A program made the position numbers and the translations under genes. A stretch of DNA of 64,000 nucleotides, from NCBI GenBank assembly GCA_015680685.1, contig MNCI01002555.1, positions 691,419 through 755,418 of the forward strand. The letters run 5' to 3'. A model generated the notes under the pieces. The model did not search any database, was not told the DNA's origin, and saw nothing but the letters and a program-made list of their open reading frames with translations. Of the stretch, positions 50,831 through 63,479 are shown piece after piece (position 1 is the first letter of the stretch; each line of letters begins with the position of its first letter). Source of the stretch: Gnetum montanum. Taxonomy: Eukaryota; Plantae; Gnetophyta.

Positions 50831-53158
50831 TGTTGGCACATTTTTACCATTTCATAGAACAGGTGGACTTATTTGCAAATGGTGAGGTACAGAATCCTAA
50901 TGAACTGAAATTTTTCAAGGAGGATTATGTTCTTTCTTGTAAAGAATTCTGCAACAGTTAATTAACCATGAAGTTGGAATAGAAATGAAAATGTTGCTGA
51001 ATTGAATGTTTTGAAAATCAAGGGATAATGACATTGAAATTGGGAATGTTGGCATAAGGGTTTATCTAGAGTCAAAAGAAAATGGTGTATCAATTGTAGA
51101 TATCTCTCTAGCTAGAGTAGCTCTAGTTACTTTTTCTGTAATAAAGTGCAGAGAAGATGAATATGGGATCGGCCTTGATATAATTGGGATTACATTCAAG
51201 GTACCACAAATTAAAATGTGAGAGTACAACTCCACTTATGCATTCGGTTGTATACGCATACATATATTTATATATCAACCCATGCATCAAATCCATGGTT
51301 ATTATCTTTACTACTATGATATAAATAACAATAAAATATAATATTGATTTAAAAAGGGAATTTATGCAACAATTGTTCAAAGTCCTATGAGAATTGAACA
51401 CTTGTCAATTGAAATGGTGGTTATAACCACCACAAAGGCCACTTGTCAACTACAACCTCTTTATCTCCACAATGGCCACTTGTCAACTAAATGGGACACG
51501 TGTCAACTGCAACTTGTTTCTCTCCATGGTGAACACTTGGCAACTAAATGAAGACACTTGGCAACTGAATGAAGACACTTGGCAACTGCATGAAGACACT
51601 TGGCAACTGCATGAAGACACTTGGCAACTGCATGAAGACACTTGGCAACTGCATGAAGACACTTGGCAACTGCATGAAGACACTTGGCAACTGCATGAAG
51701 ACACTTGGCAACTGCATGAAGACACTTGGCAACTACATGGGACACGTGTCAGATGCAGCATTTTTATCTCTTTTGTGGTTGAAACAACCCAAAATTGTTG
51801 TAACTTACCTAACTTGTTGGGCAAGTAACCTCCTAACTTGTTGGCCAAGTAATCTCCTAATTGGTTGGCCAAGTTACTTGGGAGAGAAGTTAGGTGAGAT
51901 ATTTTTAAGATATTTTTGAAAATGTAACTTCCCTACCTACCTTGGAATCCTATAAATAGGCTTCAAGGGTCAAGGAGGAAAGATCATCACACATCAAGAA
52001 GGAGCATCATCATCACACTTGGAAGATTTGTAAAGAAGATTGTTTGCAAGATGGCTTGCTAGAATAAAGATTTCAGCCTCTTTGTCATGGTCCTGTGAGT
52101 TATGCATTTCATTTTTTTTTTTTTTTAATTGCTTAGCTAGTGGTTTAGGTAGTATCATTCTTGGCAAGTAATTTTGGGATTTTTAGATTGCTCTTATTGT
52201 TCTTGTTGCCCAATAGGAATTTCTGTTAAAATTTTGCCATAGAAGCGCTTGTGTTCAAAAAGCCTTGAGAGCATTTTAGTAGTAAATTTCGTTATTGTGC
52301 AACGTTTGGGAACTGCTATTGGATTGTTGGAAGAGAGCCTCTGTTTGTAGTCACGCCGTGGAACAATTTGGTAGTCGAGAGGGTTCAGAAAATCTTTGGT
52401 ATTTTGATGGGACCAGAATAGCTTCTTTTTATCTTTAGAGTGATTTTCCGTGTTATTTCAATCAGAAATTGTCAAGTCTTTTAAAGGTTCTGTTTAAATG
52501 CAATCGTTGACATCTACTGTCTAGCCAAAATGGAGTCTCGTACATGGTAGTTTACGCAGCAATTTTTGGTAGTACAGTAGGATTGTCTTGAAGATATTGC
52601 TTGTTTGAGTCTTGGAAGTTTGAACAATTCATAGATATTGAATTTGGAATAGCTTTATTGCGAAGTGTTTACTCGTGTCATTTTACCTTGTTTAAATATT
52701 TGAGGTCCACACAAATCTGCTTTCTTTTCTTTCTGTCTATTTCCTTTGAATCTTGCTCTATTTCTAGTTTTCTTGTGGAACTATATATCTCTCTCTGGGG
52801 AAAATTAGGAGTAGATTTGCGGAGTTGTGCTCAAATGTTTATGCAAAATTTTACTTGTTACAAGCAGGTATTATAGGGACCGCATAGACTAGGTAGTTTG
52901 AACAAAATAGGAAACTCTCAATAACTCACAGTACTTGATAAAGTTGGCTGAATCTCTTAAAGTAAGTCATTTGTATTTCACACACACGCAATCGTTACAT
53001 TGCACACAACCGCACGCCGCAACAGCACACACACATACTCACATTAACTACTGAGTTATTTGGAGGTATCTGGGCCTTGGTGTTGCCAGAGACCAGCAGG
53101 CACCTAAATCCTGTTCGAGGACACTCGTTGGCGGTCGCGTCCCAAACGGTCGCCAACA
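50831..53158 (+). repeat. 5' LTR of element E
   Basis: Terminal inverted repeats TGTTGGC...GCCAACA; TATAAAT at 51951; followed by PBS and gag. Confidence 0.85.
51533..51750. repeat. 21-bp tandem repeat x10 (GACACTTGGCAACTGCATGAA) in the U3 of E
   Basis: Directly visible; flanked by GACACGTGTC palindromes at 51495 and 51741. Confidence 0.95.
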
Positions 53159-53165
53159 GTTCTTT

Positions 53166-53182
53166 TGGCGCTAGAAGGAGGG
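53166..53182 (+). promoter_or_regulatory. tRNA-Asn PBS of E (TGGCGCTAGAAGGAGGG)
   Basis: Perfect 17-nt complement to the plant tRNA-Asn 3' end, 7 nt after the LTR. Confidence 0.9.
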
Positions 53183-53275
53183 CTGAAAATTAAGCCTCTA
53201 GGTTCATAAGCCTTATACTTTTAGTACATCAACAATTATTTGTAAGGCTTAAGAATTAGATACTATTTTCAGTTC

Positions 53276-53840
53276 ATGACCAAGAAATTTGATAGTTTGG
53301 AAAGTTTCAAAGTTTCAAAAGATATTCTAGATTCTAAGACTGATTCTTCATCAGAAGAAGAACAAAAGAAAGTTTTTGAATTGGGAACAAGTAGTGGAGT
53401 GAAAACTAGAAGATCAAGAAGATCACCCATTATATCTAGTTTATCAATTCGTAAGAGAAGATCTAGAAAGTCTAAGAGTTCAACATTTCAAAGGAATAGG
53501 ATGGAAAATCCTTGGCAAAGAGTTACACCTCTAGGATTTCAAAATTACAATGATATTCCTAAGGTAGTTTACAAATATTTGCCTAAGCCTTTTATTCCTG
53601 GAAAAGCTTATTTAGCTGAAGAATATATTCATATGTTTGAGTTAGCTTTAGCTCATGCAAATATTCAACATGAAGATCAAGCTTGTAGGTTGTTTGTATC
53701 AAATCTAAAGGATATGGCTCAGATTTGGTATTCAAACTTAGCAAGTAATAGTATTACAAGTTGGGATGACATGAAGAATATTTTCTTAGCCTAGTTTGGT
53801 AATCAATTAGATTAACAATTAATTACCCTTAAATATTTCC
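53276..53840 (+). pseudogene. gag: N-terminal part of gag of element E
   Basis: EDQACRLFVSNLKDMAQIWYSNLASNSITSWDDMKNIFL is a Retrotrans_gag motif; truncated. Confidence 0.8.
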
Positions 53841-55559
53841 TTTGGATGATGATGAATTTCAAAAAATTTATGTGCTATTCGATGTGTGTCCCTCCCCCAT
53901 GACTAAGTTGAACACTCTGGGTTCAAGTAGGTTTAGATGGAATTCAAATCGGAGTACCAGTTAGCAAGATATAGGTAGAAAAGAAAGGGTCTCACAATTT
54001 CAAGTTATAGAAAGAAAATTGAAAAACTCCCCTGCATGAATGGTTAAAAATGATGCTAAGTGTTATGGGGGGNNNNNNNNNNNGGGGGGGGTCATGTATA
54101 TATAGTTTGTAGGGACGCGATATTGCATACGATACATCATGTACGCGATATCGCGTATACAATATCTTGGCTTATCAATATTTGGACACAATGAAAGGTA
54201 CCAAATTTTTCAATATTTTCTTGAAATTGACATTATAAACTTAGGACATTGGGCTATTGTTGAGGGGTTCTAGGGTAATTCAGTTAGTTTTGAAGGCACA
54301 AATAATGATATGTGGTGGTAAGGAAGAGAAAAAGGGCATGTGATGGTTCATAGGAACGTTGGAATTCAAAGGGATAGTAATAAGGGAAAGAACATTGTTG
54401 AAAATATGCCAACGGTAATAAATGGTGTGTGAAAGATGGATTATGAGTGCAAATTATAGAATTACGCAAGTCTGTCCTCCCCAAAGCAGGTTCCAACCTA
54501 TAATGCCCTCGCGTAACCACATTTAAAAGCATCTATGGGCACTCAAAGGGTTAAATGTAATCCACACTAGTTCCACAAAACACACACATGTAAGTATCAC
54601 CAGAATGAGGTAAGAATTCTACGCTACACAAGACACGAGCTACAATTATGTGAACAGCGAGATGAGACAGAATATAGAAGGGATTGTAGAGATTGGGACA
54701 TGAGGTAACTAACCTAGGGTACAATGAATCCTTCATGTAAATCATGATTAATGTGTCATTAACCATCGTTCCAAGATCAGGACCAAGTCCATTCCTCTCA
54801 TCAGTGACACCACATTGTTTCATCCCATGATGAGTGACTATGAGAGTACCATAACAACAAGGCATACGATCACTTGGCATTTTATTCAAGGGAGGAGTGA
54901 TTTTTTGTGTGGTACTTTTTCTTTTCATTTTCATTTTCTTTTTTTCTTCTTTCCCCCTTCTTTTTCGATTGCTAAATCTAGAGAAGTTGCCAACCTTTAG
55001 GCATGAGTGCATGTATTTCCAATGGGACCCCCTAGAACAACATTGGATTTTGAGTGCCTTTTGATTACTCTTACTCCCATTTTTCATTAGATCTACAAGG
55101 ATCTTAGTACAACCACGTTGCATGATAACTCTCACAGATGTTACCAAAGAGAATCATCAAGTCTCCTTGATGTCACACCCTAATCATTCACTCTTGGTCC
55201 ATCCTTCTTCATTCTAGGTACAATGAACACGAAATTAATTTTGAGTTTTAAGAATGTCAAGAATATCACTGCACCCTCGAATAGAACCTCTTATTTGTAG
55301 AATGGATGGGTGGGTGTAATGGGCTCACTATCCAAATAATTGATTGTTCAAGACTTGATAACATAGAACACACCTCAACCCATGAGACACATGAGTGTCT
55401 TATTCATAGATGAGATTAATTATAAAAAGATAAAAAGACCAAAGAGACAAAAAGACAAAAAGATAAAACAAGAAATTAAAAGATGAAAAACTGGAAAACA
55501 AAAATTGTAAAATTAAAGAAAATGAAAAATATTTATTAATCCTGCTTGTTATTAAAATG

Positions 55560-57400
55560 GGGGATATCCCCCATAACTAAATGGTTGAGTATGGCGAGGA
55601 TTAATAAATGAAAGGTGAGGATCCTTGCATGTTGGAAATATTGGGACTCGATCATACTTACCCCATTGGGATCCACATACTTGGTTATAGTAAGCATAGT
55701 GGGAAAATTTATAAGATGTGGTTCCTAGATAACGAGTTGGCCCACTATGATATTGAGACCATAAGATGGTATGCAAGGATCAGGACATCGCTCTCCATGG
55801 TTGTGTTCATTGGGCCATATGGTTGTTGGAGTGTTACTTGGTGGCCTTGATGAGTTGACATGAGGCGTTGGATTAGAAGGGAAGGATGCACCACAGTGTT
55901 GGGCTTATGCTGAGTTGGAGAGTGTAGTGGCCTTGGAATTGTGTTGTCCCTTCTTACGGTCATGTTTAAAGAAGGGACACTTTTGATGTTGAGGAGGCCT
56001 CTCACTAGTGTTGGCAATAGTAGCACAAGTAACGTTCATAGGTTGTTGCTGTGGTGCAGACACTTTAGGAATAGTTGGTGGCAATGTAGAAGGAGGGAAA
56101 GGATGAGAATGTTAAAATTAAGTAGAAGTGTAGGATACACAAGGCAGTGGTTGTGTTGAAGGTATGGGCTAATAGTATTGAGGAGAATGATAATGTGACG
56201 AGATAGAGTATGTTGGCCTAGTTGGGGAAACAAGATGTTGAACTAGATAAGCATTTAGATTCGAATGATACGAAGGGTGTTTCTAGTTTGGGGTTGGATT
56301 CCCCCATGACTGGGATTTTTGCCACTGTGATCAAACATAGTATCTCTATACAACCTCTGGGTGTAATGTGTTTCCCCAATGCTCATATAAATGTAACAAA
56401 TTGGGCATTGGCCCTTGGGGTGATCGTACAGGTAGATGTTGCATTCATATGTATGATCGGTAGTTGAGATCTTATTTTCTTCATTCCTCCTTTCCAAATG
56501 TCTAATGTATTTCATCCTGCTTCTCAGGTTATCAAAACTTTATCTCCAATAATATCAATAAATTCTCCACACTTTCTATGTGTCCATTCCAACATCTTAT
56601 TGATATTTTCCTGACTTCTTCTAATGATTTTTGTGTTGGCAAAGATGGATTTTCCTCCTTGAGATTGGTTGATTTCTCCTTTTTGTGATTATGAACCTTT
56701 GTTAAGTTGAGATTCTGGTCCTGTTGATGTTTTTCAACACTCTCCCATCTAGCCATTTCTCCTTCTTAATTTGCTACTCACTTAATAAGCTCTTGGAATT
56801 GATGGATTTGTAGTTTGTATAGTTGACCTTGGGCATACATCCCTAGGGTTTCTCTTGTTGCATCACAAAGCCCATCAATGATATGGTACATTAGCCTTTC
56901 CTCGGAGAACTCATGGCCTGGACAGTTGTTTAATAGTGCATAATATCTTTCTAAGGCCATGTCCAAGGATTCATGTTGCGCTTGTTTCCACTCTTGGATT
57001 TGTTTCCTCAAGGCTGACACTCTTGCATAGGTTTGATATCTTTCGTTAAAGAGTTCTACCATTGTTGGCCAACATCATATTGAATTTGGTTTTAATGATC
57101 TATACCATACTTTTGCTTGGCCAACGAGTGTCATAGGGAAGAGCTTGAGTTTTTTCCACCCATTATCAATGTTGTTCCATGCCCAGGGATCGTAGAAGGC
57201 TTGTAAATGTTGATGTGGATCTAAGTCATAGCCTCCTAAGAAATTAGGGAAGTTGTTTAAATCGAGCCTGGGTAGATGCCTCTCTTTACAATGCCTACGA
57301 GAGATTAAAATAGCCTCTTGTATTTGCATTAAGCTTGTAGTGGCCAGTATGGGTTCATCGTCATCAGGTAAGTTATTCTTTCATGCGTTGGGATGATGTT
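55560..57400 (-). pseudogene. gag: gag of Athila-like element F
   Basis: FPNFLGGYDLDPHQHL...KLKLFPMTLVGQAKVWYRSL...QAQHESL...ERYYALLNNCPGHEF. Confidence 0.8.
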
Positions 57401-57655
57401 TCTTTCATTTATCTTTATAAGAAATCCCCACCTCGAGTTGCGTACTCCAATCTTCATTGTCATATAGTTCGTTGGTTCTTCAATGAACTTCCTCACTAGA
57501 TGTGGCATTATTATAGTCTTGTACGAGAGGCATGGTTGTTCAATTGTGTGTGAATTTATATGTGAATTTTTATAATTATTTCTTCCTAAAATATATATTG
57601 TTAATTCCTGTACAGCGACCTTGTATGATATAACTAATCTAGATAACTAGCACCA

Positions 57656-57673
57656 TCCTCGGCAATGGCACCA
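57656..57673 (-). promoter_or_regulatory. tRNA-Asp-type PBS of F (TGGTGCCATTGCCGAGGA)
   Basis: Deaminated version of the Athila PBS TGGCGCCGTTGCCGGGGA, adjacent to the LTR. Confidence 0.75.
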
Positions 57674-57674
57674 A

Positions 57675-58478
57675 TGATGAGTGGCGAGGTACCCCTACAC
57701 TCAACCATACAAATACGAGTGTTTCACGCATGATGCAGTTGAACTCCAGAGACAAGCTAGTTGTGGTATCTAGATAATTACTCGTAGGTCACAGTTCACT
57801 ATCTTCCCACCTGGACTAGTATTAGCTTTGTCATGTATGGTTTAGTCTAGAGTGAGGTGTATGATGTGTTTCTACACTAGTACTGCTCCTGAGTATGATG
57901 GAAAATAATATTAACTAAGCTAAGAAAGAGAGGGTGAGAGAGAATCTAAGCTAGCCTAAGTGCGATGAGCATCCGTTCCTCAATCATTCGTACACATCTT
58001 GGACCTCATGCATGACTACCACTGGGATTACCAAGCGTAGATCCTAGGTACGCTACTGGGTTGCCAAGTAGTCACACTTAAATGCTCGTGATCAAGTTGT
58101 ACTCATTCCTCATTTAATAGGAGTTTAGGGTAAAGATATGTTAACTACAAAAGCAATAAATAATAATAAAAATTAAATAATTAAACTAAGTGAATGTTGC
58201 AATGATGAAGTAATCTCGATCTTTATTTCTGATCATGTGCATGTCCAACTATGTCACACTCGAATAAGGATGTCGTACAATTACAATCACCACACTATGG
58301 GCATGCACTAAGAAATAAGGATTAAGAGAAGAACTACTTAAAACTAAACACTTAAAGCTAAGAATTGAAAAAATCAGAACTAACTCTTCAGATCTGTCTA
58401 CCTCTTATTTATAGATGAGGAGATAGGTTGTGATATTAGGTACATGATATCGTGATTAACTAAAATGGTGACTCATCA
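57675..58478 (-). repeat. 5' LTR of F
   Basis: TGATGAGT...ACTCATCA; inserted right after the FTLILERPWL motif of the G protease. Confidence 0.8.
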
Positions 58479-61279
58479 CCAACCAAGGTCTTTCCAAGAT
58501 CAAGGTGAATTCTGGTATCTCTTCCACCACCAAGAAGTTTGTGGTTGTAGGAAATTATTCTTCAACTACAAACTCTAAGGAGATAGACCCCTTGATAGAA
58601 ACTCTTAATCCATTTAAGGACTTAAGAGCTACAATAGTCGTAGGTTGTACTTGCTTAGTTAAACCCAAGCGTTCAACAATAGTACATGGGATGACTTTGG
58701 TTGCTACTCCATCATCAACATGCATCCAATGTATTTTAAATTTTCTGATGCATATGGTTATGAATAGAGGGGTTGTAGTCACCTCACCATTTTTGGGATT
58801 AACCTTAATTTTGCTACTGCAAAATGTTAAGGGTGTTGATTTGTCCTACTTTGGTGAGGGAGGAATCATCACTACATGAATGGCTTCCTCATTAGTAGGA
58901 ATATCCTCACTAACAGGTATGGAGATCAACATTTTGACTAGCATTTGATGATGTATGGAAAAATTCATAATCAGGTCATATAATCTTAATGTGATATTTT
59001 TCTACTTTAGGGATTGCTTAGCTTGATCCATTACACTGAGGAATTTTTTGTCATTAGCCATGGGCTTGTTACATCAGTTGTGCTTTACTTCCTCCATTCA
59101 TCCCAAAAGGTGGACTTCAATTTTAGGCTATGGATACTATGGCCCTTCTTTGTTATTTTTAGTTGTGGGCTTTAGAATACTCTTGTGGCTTGTTGGTTGA
59201 AGGGGACATGGCAGAGGAGGTCATAGGTATAGCCAAAATGGGAGTGGGATTCGATGGGCTCACTTCATTTTGTGCATCTATTTGCTTGCCTCCCTTGTGA
59301 TGAAGCTTTTGCCTATACTTCCTCCTTTGGTTGGTTGAAATCTTTTGGTTGTTAGCCATTGGTTGTAAGGAAGAGGTAGTGGCATTACCTATCACAAGGG
59401 GTCATGAAGTTGGTTGGGCTATAGTTTTTTGGGTTGTATTGGGTTGGGAGACCTTGATGACAAAAGGTTCTCTTGGAGGCATTCATGATGGTACCCTCAT
59501 AATGAAAGGAGGTCTTGAGTTATGGGAAGCTAAAGAAGATCTCTCATTGTAAAGGGGAACTTGGTCATAAATGATTCTCTTGTAGGTCTCTAATTATCAT
59601 CAATGTTAAATTCTAAAATAATTTAAGGGATATCATTAGCATTCAATGGGTCTTTATAGACCTACATTGACTAGTTTTGTGGTTGAACTAGATTAGAAGC
59701 ATCTATGACTAGTTCCCACTATCTATCATCCTTTGTAGGTCATCCTTTAGTGCAAAGTAGAATTTTGTATCATGATTGATTAGTTGATCATAATGGTAGA
59801 AGAATTCTAGCTTGAAGTATCTAGGAGATGGGGGATCATCTTTCATTGCCTGAGAGGGATCTTTGGCTATTTCACATAGTCACTCATGTTTCTTTTGAGT
59901 GACTTTAGTCATTTGTTTATGTTGCATGTGCCCACTTCTTAATAGTTGATCAAGAAAATCAGATGGTTTTAGTGGCAACTCAATGTACATATAATTATCC
60001 TTCCTTTTAAAGTTAGGTTTATTTGTTGTTGATGTATTGGTCCTAGAAGTTGATGGTTGGTTACTACGGTCATTGGTGAGGACCTTGGGTGGGTTGACCT
60101 TCAGGCCTTGGTTCATGGTCTTGTTTTCCTTGGTCATAGTTGATATGGTAGTGTTGCTCTATTTGCTCTTTTCTTTGTCTATTCGAGTGTGTTGGTTTTT
60201 ACATGATATATAGGTCAGATCATGGCTAGCCTCTATAGCATCCTCTATGTTTTTAGTTTGTGAGAACACTTAGCTAAGAGACTGTGGATCAAGGTAGTAA
60301 AGTTTTGACTTGATGAAGTCATTAACTACTCCCTTGAATATGGCTTACAAGTGGGCTTTATCTATGGGCTCTATTATTTCATTCACAATCCATTCCATTG
60401 CTGAATGAATTTTTGTATAGGTTCTAAGGGCCCTTGCTTGACCTTCATGAGTTAGTGAAGCATTGTGTTAGGCTTCAAGTTATACTTGAAGCAATTTACA
60501 AACTAAGCTACTAAGTCTTCCAGAGAGGATATACATCCTTTGGGTAATGCATGATACCAATCAAGTGCTTTCCTAGTCAAAGACGTAGGGGAAATCCTCA
60601 TGATGATATGAGGCCATGGCTACAAGAGAAAACATTTAGATCGAAAGGTGATAAGGTGAGCATTATGATCACCTTCTCTATTATATTTGCTAAATTATGG
60701 AATGGGGACATTAGAAGAAAGTGTCAAGGGTGGAACTATAGGACTTATGCGATCATCTTCGTAGAAGTCCATAATCTTGACAATTTGTGTGATAGAGGCT
60801 TTACACCTCTTCAATTCCTCTATTAGGTCTTGGATCATTTGGAAAGCTTGATCCAAGCCTTGTTGTGGCCCATAGTTTATGAGGTTTGTACATAAGATAA
60901 TGGTATCTATTTTGAGGCTTTTGGCCTTGATATGAGTTGCATGACAAAAGGAAAACATTGTGCTATGGTTGTGTCTTGTGGACCAAACAAAGAAAAAAAT
61001 GTTTGTCTCAGTACTTGAGGCACAAACAGAACAAATGTAGTGTGTGACCATTATGTTGTGGGGGGGTCTCATGGTGGATCGCATGTGAGTAGTTATCGAA
61101 TTTGCAGTGGTAAAACCAACCATTGATGATTTTTTATTTCGTGGATATGTTGCAAATGTCATTGGTATGTTATAATTTGTTGTTTGTGGCATTGATTGAG
61201 TGTGATGTGTTGCTAGAACTTGCATGGGGTCTACTATAGTAGGACATGGAGTAGTGGTAGATGATGGCTCCATGTCCAT
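58479..61279 (-). pseudogene. gag: gag-protease of Tat-clade element G
   Basis: IMDFYEDDRISPIVPPL (homologous to A and C); protease WMHVDDG; heavily decayed. Confidence 0.85.
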
Positions 61280-61479
61280 GAAGAAAACAAAGGCATTAGG
61301 AGAAGGTTCTATGAAAAACCAAAGCCCAACTACCTATAACTTCCACACTATAGTTTTGGTCACAAGGAGGGGGAAAGACAAACATTAATTTTTTCAAAGG
61401 TTTTGGTTGTAAAAAATGAAGGCAAAGCTTGCAAATGATAATAAAAATAATAGATCTGGCTATAGAATTTAGGTGAAGG

Positions 61480-61496
61480 CCCTTCTTTTAGCACCA
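61480..61496 (-). promoter_or_regulatory. Degenerate tRNA-Asn PBS of G (TGGTGCTAAAAGAAGGG)
   Basis: Sits between gag and LTR; three transitions away from the consensus. Confidence 0.7.
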
Positions 61497-61504
61497 AAGA
61501 AAAC

Positions 61505-63406
61505 TATTGCAACTGAAGACCTAAATTGCTAAAATGATAAGGAAACCAAGGATCCCTGGTGCAAGTAGTTCCTTAACATCAAATCCCTAGGGCCTTCATG
61601 ATGAAAATGGGATTCAAGGTGCCTTGGCCAATCTAGTAGATCAACTAGAGACTTAGGATATGTAAAACATAGAAATATGAATGGATATGATCAATGGATA
61701 AATAAATAAAAAATTTAACTTTATTGAACAAAAAACTCAAAACTTAAAACTTTATTGAGAAAAGAATAAAGAATAATTTACAGAAATGTGTACAAACAAT
61801 GATGCTTCGATAAGGAAAAAAGGGGGTTCACTTATGCAAGAGTTTAAAGCCCATTGAAGTTGGTGTGATGAGCTCCATGATCTAGATGCTAAACCACTCT
61901 TGATGTTATGAAGCCTTCCTTTGCTATTGTAACCTTGGATCCAATCTCAAGGTCTCAATGCTTACATGTTGGGGTTCAAGAGAATGAAAGTATGGGAACT
62001 TGAAACAACTTTTGAATGCTTGAAAATGCCCCAACTATGGAATTGTGAAAAATGGCTAAACGTTTGTGAGAGTTTTCTTGTCAAAATACACGCCACTTTG
62101 TCAAAAATGTTAAACATTTTCAAAAAATCTAGAACTTGTAAATGATGTTGGAGTTTGTCTTTAATAGGATCTTTGGGCCATGAATGGGGCTACAAATTGG
62201 CTATAAAATGGCTACAAATATAATGTGATTTTGCTACAAATTGGCTACCAAATTCAAGTGAAATGGATGCCCAAATTTGAGGGGTTACTAAAAATAGTAA
62301 GTGCTTCCCCCCATGTTCATACCATTTACTAAAAATAGTAACCAATGCACCCCTTCCATGATAGAGATGAATCTTCCCCATTAAGATCTCCACCATGCTT
62401 GTTGAAATGTCTAGTCAACACTGAAGTGAATAACTTGATGAATTTTTCTTTTTGTGGCTTCCATGTTGGGGGAAGAGTTTCTAGGCTGGGGGGAAAGGTT
62501 CTAGGTTATGAAGAAAGTTTCTAAGTTGGGGGAAAAGATTTTAAGCTTTAGGAAAACTTTCTAGTTTGAGGGAAAAATATCCAAAATGTGCCTTTAGTCT
62601 CCATGTTGAAGGGAGAAGGGGAAAGTTTTCAAACCCTTCATCCTTCCACATTAGGGTTAGGTGAGATCTACCTCCCTACACATGTTATTATCATATAATA
62701 ATGTCTACCCATCATAAAACCTATCAAATTATCTTTTTTATCATTCAAAAAGGCATTTTGAACGCCCNNNNNNNNNNNNNNNNNNNNNNNNNNNNNNNNN
62801 NNNNNNNNNNNNNNNNNNNNNNNNNNNNNNNNNNNNNNNNNNNNNNNNNNNNNNNNNNNNNNNNNNNNNNNNNNNNNNNNNNNNNNNNNNNNNNNNNNNN
62901 NNNNNNNNNNNNNNNNNNNNNNNNNNNNNNNNNNNNNNNNNNNNNNNNNNNNNNNNNNNNNNNNNNNNNNNNNNNNNNNNNNNNNNNNNNNNNNNNNNNN
63001 NNNNNNNNNNNNNNNNNNNNNNNNNNNNNNNNNNNNNNNNNNNNNNNNNNNNNNNNNNNNNNNNNNNNNNNNNNNNNNNNNNNNNNNNNNNNNNNNNNNN
63101 NNNNNNNNNNNNNNNNNNNNNNNNNNNNNNNNNNNNNNNNNNNNNNNNNNNNNNNNNNNNNNNNNNNNNNNNNNNNNNNNNNNNNNNNNNNNNNNNNNNN
63201 NNNNNNNNNNNNNNNNNNNNNNNNNNNNNNNNNNNNNNNNNNNNNNNNNNNNNNNNNNNNNNNNNNNNNNNNNNNNNNNNNNNNNNNNNNNNNNNNNNNN
63301 NNNGGTTACAATTTTCACATTTACAATGAAGTTTTACCTTAGGTTCCATGGGCTGAAACCTACATGACGAAGATTAGTTATAACAGTAAAATTTTATGGT
63401 GTTTCA
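61505..63406 (-). repeat. 5' LTR of G (contains N gap 62768-63303)
   Basis: U5 motif AAGGTGCC near 61617; family-type LTR start TGAAACACC on the minus strand at 63406. Continuity across the gap is unproven. Confidence 0.55.
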
Positions 63407-63479
63407 CTACTAGAATGTAGAGGATCATCTAGAAGGTTGAAGATCATCAGGAAGGCTTTTAGAAATTCTAGAAGAGAAT

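Larger units (their letters stand above)
54084..58478 (-). mobile_element. Athila-like element F (5' LTR, PBS, gag, long non-coding 3' region; no pol seen)
   Basis: LTR 57675-58478 with 8-bp TIR TGATGAGT/ACTCATCA, tRNA-Asp-type PBS and Athila-type gag. Left boundary uncertain (gap at 54073-54083). Confidence 0.65.

Noticed and set aside
51472-51919. Repetitive ORFs (DTWQLHE)n and (MKTLGNC)n
   Set aside because: By-products of a 21-bp repeat inside an LTR that is open in several frames.
62668-63349. Long ORFs of 200+ aa
   Set aside because: They consist of N-gap translation.
58479-63406. G as the missing 5' half of D or B
   Set aside because: The LTR sequence does not match the D or B 3' LTRs, and the flank CTACT does not match GGAAA or AGGAG.
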